Assembly: GCF_022846255.1 (NCBI RefSeq)
Contig: NZ_AP025682.1
Origin: Escherichia coli
GTDB taxonomy: Bacteria > Pseudomonadota > Gammaproteobacteria > Enterobacterales > Enterobacteriaceae
Direction: 5' to 3' (one strand)
Length of the DNA: 64,000 nt
The notes under the pieces are model-generated. The model searched no databases. It worked only from the letters and a program-made list of their open reading frames with translations, and was not told where the DNA came from. The first letter of the stretch is position 1, and each line of letters begins with the position of its first letter. The position numbers and the translations under genes were made by a program. Positions 24,333 through 36,566 of the stretch are shown one piece after another.

Positions 24333-24695
24333 TGGTGGAGCTGGCGGGAGTTGAACCCGCGTCCGAAATTCCTACATCCTCGGTACTACATGCTTAGTCA
24401 GTCTTTACATTCGCTTGCCAGCTGCGGACGGACACGCCACTAACAAACTAGCCTGATTAAGTTTTAACGCTTCAACCCCAGGCAGGGCTTCCACGCGATC
24501 TCTTTTGGGTTTGACCTCTCTTGATCCCCGTCCTAAGAGCGGAGGCTAGGGAGAGAGGGCTCTAAGCAGGTTATTAAGCTGCTAAAGCGTAGTTTTCGTC
24601 GTTTGCGACTATTTTTTGCGGCTTTTTACGAGGCCAACCGCCCCTCGGCATGCACCTTGGGTTTCGCAAATCCCGTCGAATCCAGAATCAGCCCC
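24333..24695 (-). ncRNA. ssrA: tmRNA (SsrA, 363 nt)
   Basis: Minus strand runs GGGGCUGAUUCUGGAUUCGACGGG ... GGUUCAACUCCCGCCAGCUCCACCA; tag reading frame 24574-24606 encodes ANDENYALAA. Confidence 0.97.
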
Positions 24696-24908
24696 AATGT
24701 GTAACGGTAAGTATACCAGATTTATGAGCAGCATGACTAGCCCAAAACGCGTTATCATCCTGGAATTAGCGCCTGCATAGTATGATTTTTTTCGATTAAG
24801 CAATGGGATGGCTACATCTGTGTCAGATTTGACAGTCGATAAGATGTTCATTCGCGCCACCGGATAGGGAGGCGCGGTGAGGATTTGATTAGTATCGCTT
24901 ATATAGGT

Positions 24909-25391
24909 TTAACGATGGGCGTTTTTCATGATACGCGCTTTATCCACCTGCCATTCGCGTTCTTTGATATCTGAACGTTTATCGTGCTGTTTTTTACCTT
25001 TGGCGACGCCGATTTTCACTTTGCACCAGGCATTTTTCCAGTACAGGGAGAGCGCCACTACGGTATAGCCTTCTCGATTGACGCGACCGTACAATGAGTC
25101 CAGTTCGCGCTGGTTGAGAAGTAACTTGCGGGTACGGGTAGGATCGCACACCACATGCGTGGAGGCCACAGCCATTGGCGTGATGTTAGCGCCAAACAGA
25201 AATGCCTCTCCGTCACGCAGAAGGACGTAGCTGTCGCTGATATTGGCTTTTCCTGCACGCAGGGATTTAACCTCCCAGCCTTGCAGGGCAAGTCCCGCCT
25301 CGAACTCTTCTTCGATAAAGTATTCGTGCCGGGCGCGCTTGTTAAGCGCGATGGTCGCTGAACCAGGTTTATGTGCTTTTTTCTTCGTCAT
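24909..25391 (-). CDS. smpB: tmRNA-binding protein SmpB (160 aa)
   Basis: Translation recognised; immediately upstream of ssrA. Confidence 0.95.
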
Positions 25392-25522
25392 AAGCGTCGT
25401 GAATCATCGGTAATCTGAAATCGAAAACACCCCATATCAATCCTGCGGGGGACAAGGCTCTATCTTAGCATGAACCCGATGTTACCCAGCGCCGGGATAG
25501 CGTTTTTTTTACAGCAGGATAA

Positions 25523-25999
25523 ATGATATTATTTGTTGGATTTTTGTTGATGGAAATTGTTATGCCTCAGATTAGCCGGACCGCACTGGTACCCTACAGC
25601 GCGGAGCAAATGTATCAGTTAGTGAATGACGTTCAGTCTTATCCTCAGTTTTTGCCGGGATGTACCGGAAGTCGGATTCTGGAGTCCACTCCTGGGCAGA
25701 TGACTGCGGCGGTAGATGTCTCTAAGGCTGGGATCAGCAAAACGTTTACTACCCGCAACCAGTTGACGAGTAACCAAAGTATTCTTATGAATCTGGTGGA
25801 TGGGCCGTTCAAGAAATTGATCGGTGGATGGAAGTTTACGCCGCTGAGCCAGGAGGCGTGTCGTATCGAGTTTCATCTCGACTTTGAGTTTACCAATAAG
25901 TTGATTGAACTCGCCTTTGGTCGCGTGTTTAAAGAGCTGGCGGCTAATATGGTCCAGGCTTTTACGGTTCGTGCGAAAGAGGTTTACAGTGCCAGGTAA
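25523..25999 (+). CDS. ratA: Ribosome-association toxin RatA/PasT (SRPBCC fold, 158 aa)
   Basis: Translation recognised; divergent from smpB. Confidence 0.85.
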   Translation: MILFVGFLLMEIVMPQISRTALVPYSAEQMYQLVNDVQSYPQFLPGCTGSRILESTPGQMTAAVDVSKAGISKTFTTRNQLTSNQSILMNLVDGPFKKLIGGWKFTPLSQEACRIEFHLDFEFTNKLIELAFGRVFKELAANMVQAFTVRAKEVYSAR

Positions 26000-26279
26000 A
26001 ATTGCCGTTGAGGTGGCTTATGCGCTACCTGAGAAGCAGTACCTGCAGCGCGTGACGCTGCAGGAGGGTGCGACGGTTGAAGAAGCTATTCGCGCCAGTG
26101 GCTTGCTGGAATTGCGTACCGATATCGATTTAACTAAAAACAAAGTCGGCATTTATAGCCGTCCGGCAAAACTGAGCGATAGTGTGCATGATGGCGATCG
26201 GGTGGAGATTTATCGCCCTCTCATTGCCGATCCGAAAGAGCTGCGCAGGCAACGAGCAGAAAAATCAGCGAATAAATAA
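25989..26279 (+). CDS. ratB: RatB (YfjF, 96 aa)
   Basis: GTG start at 25989 ([11 protein letters not shown]...) overlaps the ratA 3' end by 11 nt; the ORF-track entry 25905-26279 is an over-extension. Confidence 0.75.
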
Positions 26280-26340
26280 CAGACAGAAAAAAGGTGCTCA
26301 TTGAGCACCTTTTTTAACGTCTTTGAGAGCAACTTTATGA

Positions 26341-26682
26341 TTAGTTACCACTCAGCGCAGGTTTATTATCAATATTGGTCAACACCCCGCTACTATTAAA
26401 GGTCAGCGTCAGCGTTTGCTGCGTTACACCTTCATGACCTGGTTGCTGGCGGAAGACATAGAACCAGGTATTCGTACCAAATGGATCGGACATCAGCGGT
26501 GTACCCAATGCGTACGCAACTTGTTGTTGCGTCATGCCAACACGTATTTTGGATACGTCGTTAGCGGTCAGATAATTCCCCTGGTTGATGTCAGGACGGT
26601 AAACCACTCGCTCCAGAGTGGAACAGCCTGCGGTCAACATCAATAGTACTGCTGCTGCAGCAGTCAGCGTTTTACAGCGCAT
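26341..26682 (-). CDS. bamE: Outer-membrane assembly lipoprotein BamE (SmpA, 113 aa)
   Basis: Lipoprotein signal peptide with lipobox LTAGC; translation recognised. Confidence 0.95.
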
Positions 26683-26830
26683 AGTGATTTGATTCCTTTT
26701 CGGGCCCGAGCAGTACGTGGCTCATCTGTAATATGCCGATGATAATAGACCTTTCATCACTTTAAAACCTTTTGCTTTCCGGTCTTACGGCGTTTTGCTG
26801 TTTACTCTGACCGTGAAGCAGGAAAAAAGT

Positions 26831-28492
26831 TTACGCCGCAAGCAGTTCTTTCGCATTCGCCAGTGTGTTACGTGTGACTTCACTGCCACCAAGCAGGCGC
26901 GCCAACTCTTGTAACCGCGCTTTTTTATCCAGGGATTGCATATGCGTTTCTGTCATCGCACCATCGGTTTCTTTGCTGACAAAATAGTGTTGATGACCAC
27001 ATCCCGCGACTTGTGGCAGGTGGGTAACACACATCACCTGAGTTGATTCGCCAAGTTGACGTAGCAGTTTGCCGACAACTGCCGCTGTTGGGCCGCTAAT
27101 CCCTACATCCACTTCATCAAAAATCAGTGCCGGGGTTTCCATTTTACGCGCGGTAATGACCTGGATTGCCAATGCGATGCGGGACAACTCACCACCGGAT
27201 GCGACTTTGGCAATAGGCTGCATTGGCTGACCTGGGTTGGTGGTTACCCGAAACTCAATACGATCAGCGCCGTCAGCGCCCAGGTGATGCTCGTCAAATT
27301 TAACATCGATCGTAAACTGCCCATGTGGCATAGAGAGTGCATGCATACTATCGGTGATCAGCTGTGCCAACTCATTTGCATAATGCTGGCGTTGCTGGTG
27401 TAACGCGCGCGCCGTTTCCAGTGCCTGCTGATGATGTTTCGTTACCGCCAGCGCGAGCGTTTCTTGTGAGTCGGCCTGATCGTCCAGTTGCTGCTGTTCT
27501 TCCAGTAGCGACTGGTAATACTGTGGCAATGCCTCAGGGCTGACGTGATGTTTACGTGCCAGCGAAATCTGTTTTGAGATGCGCTGTTCAAGTTCAAACA
27601 GTCGGTTGGGATCGAGATCCAGACGATCGCAGTAGTGGCGCAGTTCATCACTGGCTTCAGCAATCTGGATGGTAGCCTCTTCCAGCATATCAAGTACGCC
27701 GGACAGTTTGCTGTCCATGCCAATCAATTCGCTCACCAGTTGTTTAGCCGTGTAAAGTTGACTTTGCAGGTTTGCGTCTTCACCGTCAGCCATTAATGCC
27801 AATGCATTCTGGCTGGTGGTCAGCAATTGACCGCTGTTCGCCAGACGTTTGTACTCTTCGTCGATTTGCTCAAACTCTCCAGGCTGCGGATTAAATTCGT
27901 TAAGTTCTTTTAATTGGTATTGCAGCAGCTCCGCACGAGCGGCGCGTTCCTGACTTAACTGTTGATGATGCGCGAGGTCACGGCAGCTTTGATGCCACAA
28001 ATGATAACGTGCGGTCATTTCCTGGAGCTGAGAGGTTTCATTGGCATAGCCATCAAGCAGGAATTTTTGGTGCTCGGGTTTGGTGAGTAACTGATGAGCG
28101 TGCTGACCATGGATCTGAATCAGCAACTGACCCAGTTCGCGCAGTTGTGACAGAGGAACAGCTGTACCGTTGATGAAACCACGGGAGCGACCATCGCTGC
28201 TGATTACGCGACGAAGCAAACATTCATGCCCGTCTTCAAGCTGGTTTTCTTCCAGCCAACGCAGGGCCGCTGGCGTATCTTTCAGAGAAAAACGGGCGCA
28301 CAGGTCGGCACGAGCAGCGCCGGTACGCACCATGTCGGCTTCAGCGCGACCACCGAGACAAAGGCCGAGGGCATCTATTGCAATAGATTTACCCGCGCCG
28401 GTCTCGCCAGTTATTACGGTCATGCCGCTATGAAAATCAATCTCAAGCTCACGAACGATAGCAAAGTTGCTGATGGTCAGTTGTGCCAACAT
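26831..28492 (-). CDS. recN: DNA repair protein RecN (553 aa)
   Basis: SMC-like protein with N-terminal Walker A GETGAGKS; translation recognised. Confidence 0.95.
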   Translation of the reverse strand: MLAQLTISNFAIVRELEIDFHSGMTVITGETGAGKSIAIDALGLCLGGRAEADMVRTGAARADLCARFSLKDTPAALRWLEENQLEDGHECLLRRVISSDGRSRGFINGTAVPLSQLRELGQLLIQIHGQHAHQLLTKPEHQKFLLDGYANETSQLQEMTARYHLWHQSCRDLAHHQQLSQERAARAELLQYQLKELNEFNPQPGEFEQIDEEYKRLANSGQLLTTSQNALALMADGEDANLQSQLYTAKQLVSELIGMDSKLSGVLDMLEEATIQIAEASDELRHYCDRLDLDPNRLFELEQRISKQISLARKHHVSPEALPQYYQSLLEEQQQLDDQADSQETLALAVTKHHQQALETARALHQQRQHYANELAQLITDSMHALSMPHGQFTIDVKFDEHHLGADGADRIEFRVTTNPGQPMQPIAKVASGGELSRIALAIQVITARKMETPALIFDEVDVGISGPTAAVVGKLLRQLGESTQVMCVTHLPQVAGCGHQHYFVSKETDGAMTETHMQSLDKKARLQELARLLGGSEVTRNTLANAKELLAA

Positions 28493-28517
28493 AGTTGTTT
28501 TCCTGTATGAAAAACCA

Positions 28518-28559
28518 TTACTGTTATTGTGTACAGTATAAACTGGTTTTATATACAGT
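28518..28559. promoter_or_regulatory. Two LexA (SOS) boxes in the recN promoter
   Basis: TACTGTTATTGTGTACAGTA (28518-28537) and AACTGGTTTTATATACAGTA (28540-28559) fit CTGT-N8-ACAG; a weaker third candidate lies at 28502-28517. Confidence 0.8.
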
Positions 28560-28577
28560 AAAGAGGCTGGCGTAAAA

Positions 28578-29456
28578 TTAGAATAATTTTTTTGACCAGC
28601 CGAGCTTGGTGCTTAATGTATTGAAATAACTGTAATCTTTCGGATGAATCAGATTCAGATGGTAATCACAGCGACGAATCAGGACATCTTCACCTTCCTG
28701 AATCGGAAGTGCTATCTGGCTGTCGCAACTGATTTCCAGGTCGTTACGGCGATGCGAAAAACGTAGACGGATCGTGCTGCTGCTGTTTATGACCAGTGGT
28801 CGTGCTGACAACGTATGCGGGAACATGGGCACCAGGGTAATCGCATCCAGAGAGGGTGTCAGAATAGGACCGCCCGCAGAGAGGGAATATGCGGTGGAGC
28901 CTGTTGGCGTCGAAATAATCAGTCCATCGGAACGCTGCGAAAACGCAAAGATCTCGTCGATATACACTTCGAACTCAATCATATGCGCCACTTTGCCAGG
29001 ATGAAGTACCACTTCGTTAATCGCCGTGCTGATGCGTTTCTGGCAATCTTGCTGACAGACTTGCGCTTCCAGCAAAAAACGTTTCTCGCTGATGTAGTGG
29101 CCTTCCAGCACATCGGCTAATTGTTGCTGGGCGTTATCGGGATCAAGGTCAGTCAGGAAACCCAGGTTGCCACGGTTGATTCCAATAACTTTAATATCGT
29201 AGCGGGCGAGCGTGCGCGCCGCGCCCAGCATATTACCGTCGCCGCCAACGACAACCGCGAGATCAGCCTGTTGCCCAATCTCCGCGAGCGTGCCAGTTTT
29301 CACATTCTTCAGTTGCAGTTCGTGAGCGATTTGTTGCTCAACGATGACCTCGTAACCTTTTGTGCACAGCCAGCGGTAGAGCATTTCATGTGTTGTCAGT
29401 GCAGTGGGGTGCCGTGGGTGTCCCACAATGCCAATACACTTGAAATGATTATTCAT
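28578..29456 (-). CDS. nadK: NAD kinase NadK (292 aa)
   Basis: GDGN motif (..[14 protein letters not shown]..); translation recognised. Confidence 0.95.
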
Positions 29457-29502
29457 TTTTCCGAGGTCCTTGTTGCGAAGATTGATGACAATGTGAGTGC
29501 TT

Positions 29503-29533
29503 CCCTTGAAACCCTGAAACTGATCCCCATAAT
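29503..29533 (+). promoter_or_regulatory. grpE sigma32 heat-shock promoter
   Basis: CCCTTGAAA (29503-29511), 13-bp spacer, CCCCATAAT (29525-29533) matches the sigma32 consensus CTTGAAA-N13-15-CCCCATNT. Confidence 0.75.
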
Positions 29534-29545
29534 AAGCGAAGTTAG

Positions 29546-30172
<627 letters not shown>

Positions 30173-30194
30173 TTTCTGCTTTCGTAATAAATCA

Positions 30195-30224
30195 CGGCCC
30201 AGCATGCGAATGCCGGGCCGTTTT
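30195..30224 (+). terminator. Hairpin terminator between convergent grpE and yfjD
   Basis: CGGCCCAGCAT-GCGA-ATGCCGGGCCG followed by TTTT; possibly bidirectional. Confidence 0.6.
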
Positions 30225-30226
30225 CG

Positions 30227-31489
30227 TTACTCCGCCACACTCTCGCGCAGCGGTTTTACAGGAAAAACTTTTACCTGCTTAATCATATTGTCCTGTACGT
30301 CGAGAATATCGATATCGTACTCGCCTATACGCACGCGGGTGCCTGCTACCGGGATCTCCTCCAGCGCTTCCAGAATGACGCCGTTAACAGTACGAGCATC
30401 ATCTTCCGGTAGATGCCAGTTAAAGGCTTTGTTAATTTCTCGCACGTTGGCAGTGCCATCAATAATCACCGAACCGTCGTTTTGCGGCGTGACCTCTTCG
30501 GCAAGTGTTGGCGACATCGACGTGGTGAAATCGCCGACAATCTCTTCGAGAATATCTTCGACCGTCACCAGTCCCTGAATGTCTCCATACTCGTTGACGA
30601 CCAGGCCGACTTTCTTTTTGTTGCGCTGAAACTTCACCAACTGTGTGCTGAGCGGCGTACCCTCCGGGACAAAATAGATCTCGTCCGCGGCGCGTAGCAT
30701 GGTTTCTTTGGTGAACTCTTTTTTCTCCGACATGAGTCGCCAGGCTTCACGCACACGCAGCATACTGATGGCGTCGTCCAGCGAATCACGGTAGAGCACG
30801 ATGCGCCCGTGAGGTGAGTGGGAGAGTTGGCGCAGAATCGATTTCCAGTCATCGTTGATATCAATACCGATAATTTCACTGCGCGGCACCATGATGTCAT
30901 CGACGGTCATCTTTTCCAGATCGAGCACCGACAGCAGCATATCCTGATTGCGACGGGAAATTTGTGAGCGTGATTCGTGCACGATGGTACGCAACTCTTC
31001 TTTGCTTAAAGAGCCGCTAACCACGATATCGGTTTTGATGCCCATCATGCGCATTAACATGCGGGTAATAGCATTCAGCAACCAGACCAGCGGCATCATC
31101 AAAATTTGCAGCGGAGCCAGTAGAAAACTACTCGGATAAGCGACTTTTTCCGGGTACAGCGCGGCAATGGTTTTCGGCAATACCTCAGCAAAAACCAGTA
31201 CGACAAAAGTCAGCACACCAGTTGCAATTGCCACGCCCGCATCGCCGTACAAACGCATCCCAACAATAGTGCCGAGCGCGGAGGCAAGAATATTGACCAG
31301 GTTATTGCCGATTAACACCAGGCTTATCAGGCGGTCTGGCTTACGCAGCAATTTTTCGACGCGTTTGGCCGAGCGATTACCCTGTTTCGCCATATGTCGA
31401 AGACGATAGCGGTTGAGAGTCATCATTCCGGTTTCGGACCCGGAAAAATAGGCTGAAATGACCACCATGATGATCAGAATAATGATCAA
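30227..31489 (-). CDS. yfjD: CorB/HlyC-family membrane protein YfjD (DUF21 + CBS pair + CorC_HlyC); coordinates are the minimal TTG-initiated ORF
   Basis: Translation recognised; N-terminus uncertain (see findings): the only Shine-Dalgarno sequence lies upstream of an in-frame CTG at 31511-31513. Confidence 0.85.
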   Translation of the reverse strand: MIIILIIMVVISAYFSGSETGMMTLNRYRLRHMAKQGNRSAKRVEKLLRKPDRLISLVLIGNNLVNILASALGTIVGMRLYGDAGVAIATGVLTFVVLVFAEVLPKTIAALYPEKVAYPSSFLLAPLQILMMPLVWLLNAITRMLMRMMGIKTDIVVSGSLSKEELRTIVHESRSQISRRNQDMLLSVLDLEKMTVDDIMVPRSEIIGIDINDDWKSILRQLSHSPHGRIVLYRDSLDDAISMLRVREAWRLMSEKKEFTKETMLRAADEIYFVPEGTPLSTQLVKFQRNKKKVGLVVNEYGDIQGLVTVEDILEEIVGDFTTSMSPTLAEEVTPQNDGSVIIDGTANVREINKAFNWHLPEDDARTVNGVILEALEEIPVAGTRVRIGEYDIDILDVQDNMIKQVKVFPVKPLRESVAE

Positions 31490-31533
31490 CGTAGTAGTAG
31501 AAATGTGTTCCAGGGGAAACTCCTTTTCTGGGG

Positions 31534-32325
31534 TTAGCTGATTAACTGCTGGACAATTCGGCTGCCGAAGTAGGCCAGTGTCAGAATGACTGCACCCGCA
31601 ACGTTAAACCAGACGACGCGGCGTCCACGCCATCCTTCATGATAATGTCCCCACAGCAGCACAATATAGACAAACCACGCCACGATAGAGAGCACGGCCT
31701 TGTCGATATTTTCCATGCTAAATAAGTTGTGCATGTAGAACAGGCCAGTGCAAAGAGTGAGCGTTAGCAGCACCACGCCAATCTGCGTGATATGGAACAT
31801 TTTACGCTCGATACTCATCAATGGAGGCATTTCCTGGTTAAACGCCAGCTTCTTGTTCTTCAGTTGGTAATCAATCCACGCCAGTTGCAGCGCGTACAGG
31901 GCAGCGATAATTAGCGTGGCATAGGAAAAAAGCGATAAGCCAATGTGCACCAGCATCCCCGGCGTTGCTTCCAGATGGGTGATGTATTCATTGGGCATAA
32001 AGGTCGCCAGCGCCAGGTTGATAAGCGCAAAGGCATAGACAATGGGTAGCAACAACCAGCCACGATTGCGAGAAGCCACAATGGTCATTACCGTACAGAT
32101 CATCAAACTGACCAATGAACCAACGTTCAGCAGGCTGAGGTTTTGTCCGCTATCACCGTCGGGCAGGATGCGGGCTTCCAGAGCGATTGCGTGGCAGACC
32201 AGCGCGATGACCGCAGAAATAATAGCCATGCGCCGCCAGCCGCCGTTTTTTTGCAGCAGACCGGGAACAATCAGCGCAAGACTGACGGAGTAGGCGACAA
32301 GCGCGAGCAGAGCAAAAACGGGCAT
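31534..32325 (-). CDS. ypjD: Inner membrane protein YpjD (CcmC/CcsA-like family, 263 aa)
   Basis: Translation recognised; start set at MPVFALLALVAY..., 25 codons inside the ORF-track start. Confidence 0.8.
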   Translation of the reverse strand: MPVFALLALVAYSVSLALIVPGLLQKNGGWRRMAIISAVIALVCHAIALEARILPDGDSGQNLSLLNVGSLVSLMICTVMTIVASRNRGWLLLPIVYAFALINLALATFMPNEYITHLEATPGMLVHIGLSLFSYATLIIAALYALQLAWIDYQLKNKKLAFNQEMPPLMSIERKMFHITQIGVVLLTLTLCTGLFYMHNLFSMENIDKAVLSIVAWFVYIVLLWGHYHEGWRGRRVVWFNVAGAVILTLAYFGSRIVQQLIS

Positions 32326-32491
32326 AGTAATGTCGACAGTTTGAGCAATAAGAAAGAGAAGCAGTATAGCGTCAGGTGAACGCTGCTCCAACCGTTGCAT
32401 AACAACAAAGACGCCTTCATGTTATACTGCGGCAAAATACTGATGATGTGTCGCGATTGCGGCCAACCGTTTCCACCCCAGGCGAGAGACA

Positions 32492-33853
32492 ATGTTTGAT
32501 AATTTAACCGATCGTTTGTCGCGCACGCTGCGCAATATCAGTGGCCGTGGACGCCTCACTGAAGACAACGTAAAAGATACGCTGCGCGAAGTGCGCATGG
32601 CGCTGCTGGAGGCGGACGTCGCTCTGCCGGTAGTGCGTGAGTTTATCAATCGCGTAAAAGAGAAAGCGGTTGGTCATGAAGTTAATAAGAGCCTGACGCC
32701 GGGGCAGGAGTTCGTCAAAATTGTCCGTAACGAACTGGTTGCGGCGATGGGCGAAGAGAACCAGACCCTGAACCTGGCTGCGCAACCGCCTGCGGTCGTG
32801 CTGATGGCGGGCCTGCAAGGTGCCGGTAAAACAACCAGCGTTGGTAAACTCGGTAAGTTCCTGCGCGAGAAGCACAAGAAGAAAGTGCTGGTGGTTTCTG
32901 CCGACGTCTATCGCCCGGCGGCAATCAAACAGCTTGAGACGCTGGCAGAGCAGGTGAGCGTTGATTTCTTCCCTTCTGATGTTGGTCAGAAGCCGGTAGA
33001 TATCGTTAACGCGGCGCTGAAAGAAGCCAAACTGAAATTCTACGACGTGCTGCTGGTGGATACTGCCGGTCGTCTGCACGTTGACGAAGCGATGATGGAC
33101 GAGATCAAACAAGTCCATGCGTCGATTAATCCGGTTGAAACCCTGTTTGTGGTCGATGCCATGACCGGTCAGGATGCGGCCAATACGGCAAAAGCATTCA
33201 ATGAAGCGTTACCGCTTACCGGTGTAGTGTTGACCAAAGTGGACGGCGATGCCCGCGGCGGTGCGGCGCTCTCTATTCGTCACATCACTGGCAAACCGAT
33301 CAAGTTCCTCGGTGTTGGCGAGAAAACCGAGGCGCTGGAGCCATTCCATCCGGACCGTATTGCCTCCCGTATTCTCGGCATGGGCGACGTACTGTCACTG
33401 ATCGAAGATATCGAAAGCAAGGTTGACCGCGCGCAGGCAGAGAAATTAGCCAGCAAGCTGAAAAAAGGCGACGGCTTCGATCTCAACGACTTTCTTGAGC
33501 AGCTGCGCCAGATGAAAAATATGGGCGGCATGGCTAGCCTGATGGGCAAGCTGCCGGGCATGGGGCAGATCCCGGATAACGTCAAGTCACAGATGGACGA
33601 TAAAGTGCTGGTGCGTATGGAAGCCATCATCAACTCGATGACGATGAAAGAGCGCGCTAAGCCAGAAATCATCAAAGGTTCGCGTAAGCGTCGTATCGCT
33701 GCCGGTTGCGGTATGCAGGTGCAGGACGTTAACCGTCTTCTGAAACAGTTCGACGACATGCAGCGCATGATGAAGAAAATGAAGAAGGGCGGGATGGCGA
33801 AGATGATGAGAAGCATGAAAGGGATGATGCCGCCGGGATTTCCTGGTCGCTAA
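32492..33853 (+). CDS. ffh: Signal recognition particle protein Ffh (453 aa)
   Basis: GTPase G-domain (GLQGAGKTT, DTAGR, TKVDGD) and Met-rich C-terminal domain. Confidence 0.97.
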   Translation: MFDNLTDRLSRTLRNISGRGRLTEDNVKDTLREVRMALLEADVALPVVREFINRVKEKAVGHEVNKSLTPGQEFVKIVRNELVAAMGEENQTLNLAAQPPAVVLMAGLQGAGKTTSVGKLGKFLREKHKKKVLVVSADVYRPAAIKQLETLAEQVSVDFFPSDVGQKPVDIVNAALKEAKLKFYDVLLVDTAGRLHVDEAMMDEIKQVHASINPVETLFVVDAMTGQDAANTAKAFNEALPLTGVVLTKVDGDARGGAALSIRHITGKPIKFLGVGEKTEALEPFHPDRIASRILGMGDVLSLIEDIESKVDRAQAEKLASKLKKGDGFDLNDFLEQLRQMKNMGGMASLMGKLPGMGQIPDNVKSQMDDKVLVRMEAIINSMTMKERAKPEIIKGSRKRRIAAGCGMQVQDVNRLLKQFDDMQRMMKKMKKGGMAKMMRSMKGMMPPGFPGR

Positions 33854-33911
33854 ATGACCTTATGCGACAGAGTTATTAACTGCTGATTGCATTTTCTCCA
33901 GAAATCAGTAA

Positions 33912-34238
<327 letters not shown>

Positions 34239-34256
34239 TCTGTCACGGTGGTCATG

Positions 34257-34805
34257 ATGAGCAAACAACTCACCGCGCAAGCACCTGTTGATCCCATCGT
34301 TTTGGGAAAAATGGGTTCGTCTTACGGTATTCGTGGGTGGCTCAGAGTGTTTTCTTCCACCGAAGACGCCGAAAGCATTTTTGACTATCAGCCCTGGTTT
34401 ATCCAGAAGGCGGGTCAGTGGCAGCAAGTCCAACTGGAAAGCTGGAAGCACCACAATCAGGACATGATCATCAAGCTGAAAGGCGTTGACGATCGTGATG
34501 CGGCGAACCTGCTGACGAATTGTGAAATTGTCGTGGATTCATCGCAGTTGCCTCAGCTTGAAGAGGGGGACTACTACTGGAAAGACCTGATGGGCTGCCA
34601 GGTAGTAACCACTGAAGGCTACGATCTCGGTAAAGTCGTAGATATGATGGAAACCGGATCTAATGACGTTCTCGTCATTAAGGCAAACCTGAAAGATGCG
34701 TTTGGTATCAAGGAACGTCTCGTACCGTTCCTCGATGGGCAGGTTATCAAGAAAGTCGATCTCACTACTCGTTCAATCGAAGTAGATTGGGATCCTGGTT
34801 TTTAA
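34257..34805 (+). CDS. rimM: Ribosome maturation factor RimM (182 aa)
   Basis: Translation recognised; start at MSKQLTAQ. Confidence 0.95.
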
Positions 34806-34835
34806 ACCACCGGATAAACGGTAAAAGACGGCGCT

Positions 34836-35603
34836 ATGTGGATTGGCATAATTAGCCTGTTTCCTGAAATGTTCCGCGCAATTACCGATTACGGGGTAAC
34901 TGGCCGGGCAGTTAAAAATGGCCTGCTGAGCATCCAGAGCTGGAGTCCTCGTGACTTCACGCATGACCGGCACCGTACCGTGGACGATCGTCCTTACGGC
35001 GGCGGACCGGGGATGTTAATGATGGTGCAACCCTTGCGGGACGCCATTCATGCAGCAAAAGCCGCGGCGGGTGAAGGCGCAAAGGTGATTTATCTGTCAC
35101 CACAGGGACGCAAGCTTGATCAAGCGGGCGTCAGCGAACTGGCAACGAATCAAAAATTGATTCTGGTGTGTGGTCGCTACGAAGGTATAGATGAGCGCGT
35201 GATCCAAACCGAAATTGACGAAGAATGGTCAATCGGCGATTACGTTCTCAGTGGTGGTGAGTTACCAGCAATGACGCTGATTGACTCCGTTTCCCGGTTT
35301 ATTCCGGGAGTACTGGGACATGAAGCCTCGGCAACGGAAGATTCCTTTGCTGAAGGATTGCTGGATTGCCCGCACTATACGCGGCCTGAGGTGTTAGAAG
35401 GGATGGAAGTTCCGCCAGTGTTACTGTCGGGCAACCATGCCGAGATACGTCGCTGGCGTTTGAAACAGTCGCTGGGCCGTACCTGGCTTAGAAGACCTGA
35501 ACTTCTGGAAAACCTGGCTCTGACTGAAGAGCAAGCAAGGTTGCTGGCGGAGTTCAAAACGGAACACGCACAACAGCAACATAAACATGATGGGATGGCG
35601 TAA
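34836..35603 (+). CDS. trmD: tRNA (guanine37-N1)-methyltransferase TrmD (255 aa)
   Basis: Translation recognised. Confidence 0.97.
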
Positions 35604-35641
35604 GCCCCCGAGATATCAGTTTACCCAGGATAAGAGATTAA

Positions 35642-35992
<351 letters not shown>

Positions 35993-36022
35993 GATTTCGC
36001 TTAAGCGACATCCTGTTAAGAA

Positions 36023-36051
36023 GGGCTGGCCAATTGGCTGGCCCTTTTTTT
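36023..36051 (+). terminator. rplS (trmD operon) intrinsic terminator
   Basis: GGGCTGGCC-AATT-GGCTGGCCC followed by TTTTTTT. Confidence 0.8.
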
Positions 36052-36068
36052 GTCTGTTTGCTCGTGTT

Positions 36069-36551
36069 TTAAGGGGTTGTAATCACCACTGCGACGCGGC
36101 GGTTCTCGGCGCGGCCCTGGGCGGTCTTGTTACTGGCTATGGGATATTTTTTTCCTAAACCCTGAGTGGTGAGATTGCTGCGCGGAATTTGTCCACCCAT
36201 AGCCCATGCATCGGCCACGACATTCGCCCGTTTCAATGATAAGACTTCGTTGTAACTGTCTTCACCATAGTTGTCGGTGTGTCCATCCATACGGGCATGT
36301 GTTAGCCCTGTCGAGGCCAATTTGGCTGCCATGGTTTGGATTTGTTGCTGGCTTTCCGGGAGCAATTTGTAGTCATTTTTTGCAAACAGAATGGCATCTG
36401 ATAAGCCCAGCGACCAGTCGCCGGCGGATTCAGTAAATCCATAAGATTGCATAGCGGCGACTTGCTCAGGAGTAAACTTTCCCTGAGGGGACTGGCAGCC
36501 AGTAAGTATTAGCGAGGTGAAAATCAGGGGTGCTAGCAGGTGCTTTATCAT
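36069..36551 (-). CDS. yfiB: OmpA-family outer-membrane lipoprotein YfiB (160 aa)
   Basis: Lipobox LTGC and C-terminal OmpA-like peptidoglycan-binding domain. Confidence 0.9.
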   Translation of the reverse strand: MIKHLLAPLIFTSLILTGCQSPQGKFTPEQVAAMQSYGFTESAGDWSLGLSDAILFAKNDYKLLPESQQQIQTMAAKLASTGLTHARMDGHTDNYGEDSYNEVLSLKRANVVADAWAMGGQIPRSNLTTQGLGKKYPIASNKTAQGRAENRRVAVVITTP

Positions 36552-36566
36552 ATCGATATATCCTTG

